From the IMG/VR virus record IMGVR_UViG_3300043409_003117, positions 947 to 64,946 of that record: DNA of 64,000 bases; one strand, given 5' to 3'. This DNA comes from a virus (lineage: Duplodnaviria > Caudoviricetes). The stretch's first letter is position 1; each line of letters begins with the position of its first letter. The position numbers were made by a program, and so were the translations under genes. This document shows positions 59,045 to 64,000 of this stretch, in pieces. The notes under the pieces were generated by a model, which saw only the letters and a list, made by a program, of their open reading frames with translations, was not told the origin of the DNA and did no database searches.

Positions 59045-62000
59045 ATGAATATTGATAATCTAGTATTTTTTGATAAAAATGGTGAATCTTATAACTTCGG
59101 CCGATCCAGTTCTGGTAATTGGGAAGGCGCCGACTATTTTTTACCAATATCACTAGAACTATATGATTGCTCCAATATTTTTATTTTAGAAAATACAAAT
59201 GGAGTATATACCTTTCCTAAAATGGAATCAGGTTCAAGCTTTGAAGTAAAGTGGAAAACTGCAAATAATAAAACTAATTTATTTTTATTTAATGTATTGG
59301 TTGAAGGAACTGGTACTGCTGCCTATAACTATCTTGAAAAACAGGAGTATATTACAATTAACCATAGTGATTTTGGACAGGCTGGAACCCTTGCTTTAAC
59401 CTATCCATTGCAGTTAAATATTGCATTTACTCCATCTGACGAAATTGCATACGCTAGAGTTTTACAAATTTATTATAAAACAACAACAGACTCAACCCTA
59501 GTATTAGAGCTTACAGTTTATGGAGAAGGCGAGGGCGAAGACGAGAGACTTCGGATATGGTTAGCTAACTTTGGCATTAAGTTTAATCGACAAGATGCTC
59601 TTTTATTAAAAGACTATGATTTAAAAGAAGCACTGGCAGATTATAAAGAGCTTAATGCGGTTAGAAAATTAATACTGGTAAACCGTGATCAAATCTATCC
59701 ATATATTGGAACCTATAAAGGTTTATTAAATATACTTAGCTTAATGGGTTATCGTGACGTATTAAGAGTAAAGGAGTATTGGCGAGATATTGATCCAAAC
59801 TCTTCGTATTATAATAAATTTGCAATGGTTGACTTTACTGATTTATTAGATAGCACCGAAGACACTACCTTTGATTTAGTTGATCAAAATAATCAAATAA
59901 AAACCGGCGGTAAATTTGAAAAAACTGAATTTCTTGCGTTAACCTATCAATTTTCAAAAGCTGGAGATACATATGACGATGATGGCTTACCTAATGTTAT
60001 TACAACTACTGATTTTACAGTAAATGAAATATTTTTTAAATTACATGGAGTTGTTGTAAAATTAAAAGATGAAATCATACCAATTAATGTAGTAATCAAG
60101 GATATTATAGGGGAATTTATCTATTTTGAAAAATTTAATATTAGATATTGGATAGATGAAACAACAATTGAATCCTTTAGCCTTAGTGATGAATATCAAA
60201 TTAATATAGTTGAACCGGCTGACTATGTTTCAAGCTATAACTATACACTTGACACTCCTGTAATTTCTAAAAAAATTAAATTATCAAGTCCACTTAATCC
60301 AGCAATTTTAGTAGGTCAATATATTCTACCGGAAGCGAGTAGTCAATATGGGCTACTTAAATTTCAATTTGTTAGAAAATCAAAAATAGACGGTTTACCA
60401 ATACTTAAAGTATTAACTAGTAATACAAATACAACTGGTTTATTTAACGATTATCAAGATCTACAAACGATAGCTGGTGCCGTAGCTGCATTAGATAATG
60501 TACAACATGACGGTACTCGTATTGATACTGGTTCTGATGCAACAGGTTCGATTACGCAGCCGTGGTTAGGTTTTGGTGGAATTAACGGTATGACTGCTAC
60601 TTTAATAGCTGATTCAGAACAAAATATTGTAGATACCATTCAAAATGCAAATTCTAACTATTTAAAAATTAGGGATCTTAAACCTCTTTATCGTAAAGCA
60701 AATGGAGTTTCAATATTTCCAGAAACATCATTTAATTTAGGACTAATTGACCCATATGACGATAGTCAATTTTATTCTGTTGATAAAAAGGATACCTTAA
60801 TCCAAACAATATCAGACTACTATTCAACGCTTAAATCATTTATCTTTGAATATCCAAATAGCGTAAGTCCGTTAGATCAAGGCGATGATACTTCAGATAA
60901 AATAGGGTGTCCAATTGTACTAGAGGCATATGTTCCAGATTTAACGCTACAACAGTTAGATGGAATACAATTTATTGATTTTATAACGGTTGCTGCAACC
61001 ACTTCATCGAGTACGAATACAATTGGTACCGGCCTTAAATATTTTAGTTGTGCAACCATACAGCCATTTGCAGTAGGTGACTATATTAAAGTATATCAAT
61101 CAGCTAATTATACTAATTATATGATAGGCCGAATTACTGAAATAAACCCGCCTAGTATGTCGGGTAATACAATATTAATAGATGTATATTCTTATAATGG
61201 AGAAGGTACACTCACCGGCTGGACCGTGCAGTTAATTGACAGACACTTTACAATTAACAATCTTAAATATAAAAATGTTTATGAAATTGAATGGATAATA
61301 ACCGGTCCTCAAGAGTATAGATTTGAATGGAGAACTAGTACTCTTGGTACTAGTAAAATTCCTCACATATTACCACATACTGGAGAATATACAATTGAGG
61401 TTAGAGCATATGATATGTCAGGGGCAGTCTCTAACCAATTTAGAAAAATTACAGTTTCTCCAGACCAACCTATTATTCAAGTGTTTACTAAAATATCTGA
61501 TAAATTTAGATATGATTTTAAGAACCTAGATAATGTAACAATTGGAGACTTAGCAGATAGCCCATTATATTATCCATATCTAAATGTAATAAATTCAGAA
61601 ATATCTTCAATTTCAAATCACTATTTAGATTGGAATACATACTCTAATTATTATGGAGTAGGTGCAAACCATAATGATATTAAACTTTCAACTACTGGAA
61701 ATTCATTAATTCCCTATTCTCAATCAACTGAAACCATTAAGAATAGCTGGGGAACAGGTTCAGCCAATGGGCAGGCCACCATTTCTAATTATTTAACTGC
61801 AAGTCTTGGTGATCTATACTATGTTAACTTTAGTAATTTTGGATTGACCGCTGACCAATTAGATGGATTCTATATTACACTAAGAGGCGAAGATTATCAA
61901 TATAATTTAAACTCAAATTTAGTAGCAATTAAATTTGGTGGATTTGATGAAATTGACTTAACTGCACTCGCTAATCCAACAATTGAAGAGGTATTAAATT

Positions 62001-63148
62001 ATTTACAAAATACTTCTGCACCAGGATTATCTAACTATTCATATCAAATAATTGAAACAACGTTTGGGCCTAGTGCACTTCCTCTTAGTCGAATAAAAGC
62101 AACTGCTACCTATCAGGATCCACAAAATCATTCAATTATTAAATTAATATCTATTGTAACCGGATTAGATTCAAGCCTGAATAAATGGACTCCAAGTTCT
62201 GCTAATTTAACAATATCATCAACTGATCCATTAATATATGGCCCATCTAGTTTACCTCAAACTGTATATGGCCCATCTAGTGTACCAGTACCTGCAATAA
62301 CTGATGGAGAATATACATTAACTGACTTTGGCGGTTCTGAAACTCTATATGGTAATACATATTTAGCAGTAGGCGACCGATTAAGAATTCAAAATGATAA
62401 TGGCGACTATATAGAAGGAACTATTACTCAAATGACAGTTGGCCAAACTGTTATTATAATTGATGAAGCTCACGGAGCAGGTATCCTATCTGATTTTAAC
62501 CTATTTTTAATTGATACAGTATATACGTTTAATAAACCAGTATCAGTATTTAATCAAACTGAAATTGATAAAATTCAACAGAATTTATTACAAACAAATT
62601 TAAGAATTGATGAAGATCTATTATTTTTAGACTGTCCATTTGATGATTGCCTACAGACCTTAAACCCATATACTCCAGCTGCTGCCTCTAATATTAATTA
62701 TTGGATTGATAAAGGCTTTGTTAAATATGATAATTCAGAAACCAGCCCATCGTCTATTCCAGCAAGTCAAACTGGTTATTTACCATCAAATTATGATGAA
62801 AATTCATTTAATTTAAGTAATATTAAATTAACATATGGTTCATTAATTGTTCCTTTACATCATCCTATTTTTATTACTATTGCAAACTTAGTTTCAAATA
62901 TTGAAACTGTATGGACTTTAAAATTAAATAATGAACTTATTGTAAAAGTTATTTCAACATCTTATTTTATATGGAGATTTACTAAACCTGGTACTTATAC
63001 ACTTGACATTGACTCAGTTGATACTAGAGGAAATCACTCAATTTCAAATTCTAGTATTATAATATCAACCCTAGTTACCCCAAATGAGTATAAAAATTAT
63101 ATTGAAAAACAATTAAACATTCGAAAGTATAAAATAGAGCATAGTTAA
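59045..63148 (+). CDS. large baseplate wedge-like virion protein (gp7-like) with an inserted capsid-derived domain and PKD/Ig-like modules
   Basis: EDERL...NFG...IGTYKGLLNILSLMGY wedge-type motif; GEYTIEVRAYD and PGTYTLDIDSVD PKD-like strands; GATAAATAAC late motif near 59013. Confidence 0.6.
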   Translation: MNIDNLVFFDKNGESYNFGRSSSGNWEGADYFLPISLELYDCSNIFILENTNGVYTFPKMESGSSFEVKWKTANNKTNLFLFNVLVEGTGTAAYNYLEKQEYITINHSDFGQAGTLALTYPLQLNIAFTPSDEIAYARVLQIYYKTTTDSTLVLELTVYGEGEGEDERLRIWLANFGIKFNRQDALLLKDYDLKEALADYKELNAVRKLILVNRDQIYPYIGTYKGLLNILSLMGYRDVLRVKEYWRDIDPNSSYYNKFAMVDFTDLLDSTEDTTFDLVDQNNQIKTGGKFEKTEFLALTYQFSKAGDTYDDDGLPNVITTTDFTVNEIFFKLHGVVVKLKDEIIPINVVIKDIIGEFIYFEKFNIRYWIDETTIESFSLSDEYQINIVEPADYVSSYNYTLDTPVISKKIKLSSPLNPAILVGQYILPEASSQYGLLKFQFVRKSKIDGLPILKVLTSNTNTTGLFNDYQDLQTIAGAVAALDNVQHDGTRIDTGSDATGSITQPWLGFGGINGMTATLIADSEQNIVDTIQNANSNYLKIRDLKPLYRKANGVSIFPETSFNLGLIDPYDDSQFYSVDKKDTLIQTISDYYSTLKSFIFEYPNSVSPLDQGDDTSDKIGCPIVLEAYVPDLTLQQLDGIQFIDFITVAATTSSSTNTIGTGLKYFSCATIQPFAVGDYIKVYQSANYTNYMIGRITEINPPSMSGNTILIDVYSYNGEGTLTGWTVQLIDRHFTINNLKYKNVYEIEWIITGPQEYRFEWRTSTLGTSKIPHILPHTGEYTIEVRAYDMSGAVSNQFRKITVSPDQPIIQVFTKISDKFRYDFKNLDNVTIGDLADSPLYYPYLNVINSEISSISNHYLDWNTYSNYYGVGANHNDIKLSTTGNSLIPYSQSTETIKNSWGTGSANGQATISNYLTASLGDLYYVNFSNFGLTADQLDGFYITLRGEDYQYNLNSNLVAIKFGGFDEIDLTALANPTIEEVLNYLQNTSAPGLSNYSYQIIETTFGPSALPLSRIKATATYQDPQNHSIIKLISIVTGLDSSLNKWTPSSANLTISSTDPLIYGPSSLPQTVYGPSSVPVPAITDGEYTLTDFGGSETLYGNTYLAVGDRLRIQNDNGDYIEGTITQMTVGQTVIIIDEAHGAGILSDFNLFLIDTVYTFNKPVSVFNQTEIDKIQQNLLQTNLRIDEDLLFLDCPFDDCLQTLNPYTPAAASNINYWIDKGFVKYDNSETSPSSIPASQTGYLPSNYDENSFNLSNIKLTYGSLIVPLHHPIFITIANLVSNIETVWTLKLNNELIVKVISTSYFIWRFTKPGTYTLDIDSVDTRGNHSISNSSIIISTLVTPNEYKNYIEKQLNIRKYKIEHS
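60275..60607 (+). repeat. dispersed copy of MCP segment 21720-22037
   Basis: Exact 27-mer ATAGACGGTTTACCAATACTTAAAGTA (21837/60386) and 18-mer TGGTTAGGTTTTGGTGGA (21993/60563); collinear protein similarity. Confidence 0.92.
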
Positions 63149-63187
63149 TATATGCTTAATAAATAATAAAGAAAAAATAAATAAAAC

Positions 63188-64000
63188 ATGACATTTACCG
63201 AAACAACCCTAGCTACCTCTTCATTATTGGAGACAACTTTTATCTCAGATATGAGATTAATAGTTAATGCAAATACTACAATTGTTAAATCTAAAGTAGA
63301 AGATATTATTAATGATCTTCAAATTGATTTAGTAAATAAATATATTGGTGTTGATATTCCGATTGAACAATTATATACCAATGATGCCGTTATTTCAAAT
63401 CAATTATTATTTAAAAGTGGTACTTCTGGTACTTCAGATACAATTGCTAGTTTAACTCAGACTGCCGGGACTTCAGCATTCTTAGCTGATAATATAAACT
63501 TTACCCGAACATTAACCTCATTAGCGGCTGGTTCTAAAGTATTAACTCCGTCCGTTGTTATTGGAACTACTGTAGGAAATGCAGCAGTTAGCTTTCCAAC
63601 CTCTGGTGGATCTGGAGTTGTAGATAGGGGTTTATATGTAGGTGATGCAACTACACCAATTAGTGCAAGTTTTTATGGAGAAGTTAATATTAAAAAACAG
63701 GCAGTGGTTCAAAGTTATAATACTGACTTTGATACAGTAGGTACAGTTAGAACACTAGAGTTAACCTCAGTAGATGTAACCCCAGTTTCAACCAGTGGAC
63801 TATACGCAAATTTAACACTTTCAAAAACTGATCCTCAGTTTATATATGTTAATTTAAAAACACCGGCTGCTTTTACCCTAGCTGCAACTAATTCAATTTA
63901 TTTACTATTACACGAAGATTTTACAACAACTACAAGTAGACCAGTTGCTGGTCAAACCTTTACTATTATTTTAAATAACTTAATTAATAATAGTAGTGTT
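63188..64000 (+). CDS. 5' part of a putative virion/tail protein (truncated by window edge)
   Basis: ATG at 63188, MTFTETTLATSSLLETTFISDMRLIVNAN...; Thr/Ser/Gly-rich and apparently open to the end; TAATAAATAA motif upstream. Confidence 0.65.
   Translation, partial: MTFTETTLATSSLLETTFISDMRLIVNANTTIVKSKVEDIINDLQIDLVNKYIGVDIPIEQLYTNDAVISNQLLFKSGTSGTSDTIASLTQTAGTSAFLADNINFTRTLTSLAAGSKVLTPSVVIGTTVGNAAVSFPTSGGSGVVDRGLYVGDATTPISASFYGEVNIKKQAVVQSYNTDFDTVGTVRTLELTSVDVTPVSTSGLYANLTLSKTDPQFIYVNLKTPAAFTLAATNSIYLLLHEDFTTTTSRPVAGQTFTIILNNLINNSSV

Noticed and set aside
62235-62281. 30-bp duplication (YGPSS x2) in the wedge-like gene
   Set aside because: Real, but a trivial linker duplication with no evidence of function.

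Overview
This is a 64 kb AT-rich segment of a large T4-like (myovirus, probably jumbo) phage, read in the standard genetic code. A Bacteroidota-type host is inferred from the Hc1-like and DUF5522-like genes and from A-rich leaders without clear Shine-Dalgarno sites. The + strand carries the virion genes: baseplate hub/wedge/spike, a fused prohead protease-scaffold, the major capsid protein, tail tube, tail sheath, late sigma factor gp55 and a large wedge-like protein. The - strand carries a 12-gene sugar-modification/glycosyltransferase island, a T4-type replication/recombination set (gp46/47, gp41, UvsX, split PolB, gp32, RNase H), nucleotide-metabolism genes (dCMP deaminase, ThyA-fold enzyme, dUTPase, class II RNR, 5'-nucleotidase) and host-like functions (GroEL, GroES, S1-domain protein, Hc1). 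DnaJ is on the + strand. Main observations: (1) the ~106-aa insertion-domain region of the major capsid protein has a second copy inside the baseplate-wedge-like gene 38.5 kb away, still visible at DNA level; (2) the 'thymidylate synthase' has the Asp specificity residue of dCMP-modifying enzymes; (3) the protease gene appears to contain a nested scaffold gene with its own promoter; (4) two promoter classes can be read from the sequence; (5) several proteins, including a nucleotidase, carry T4 capsid-targeting-like N-termini. All family calls come from motif recognition by eye; no searches were run.
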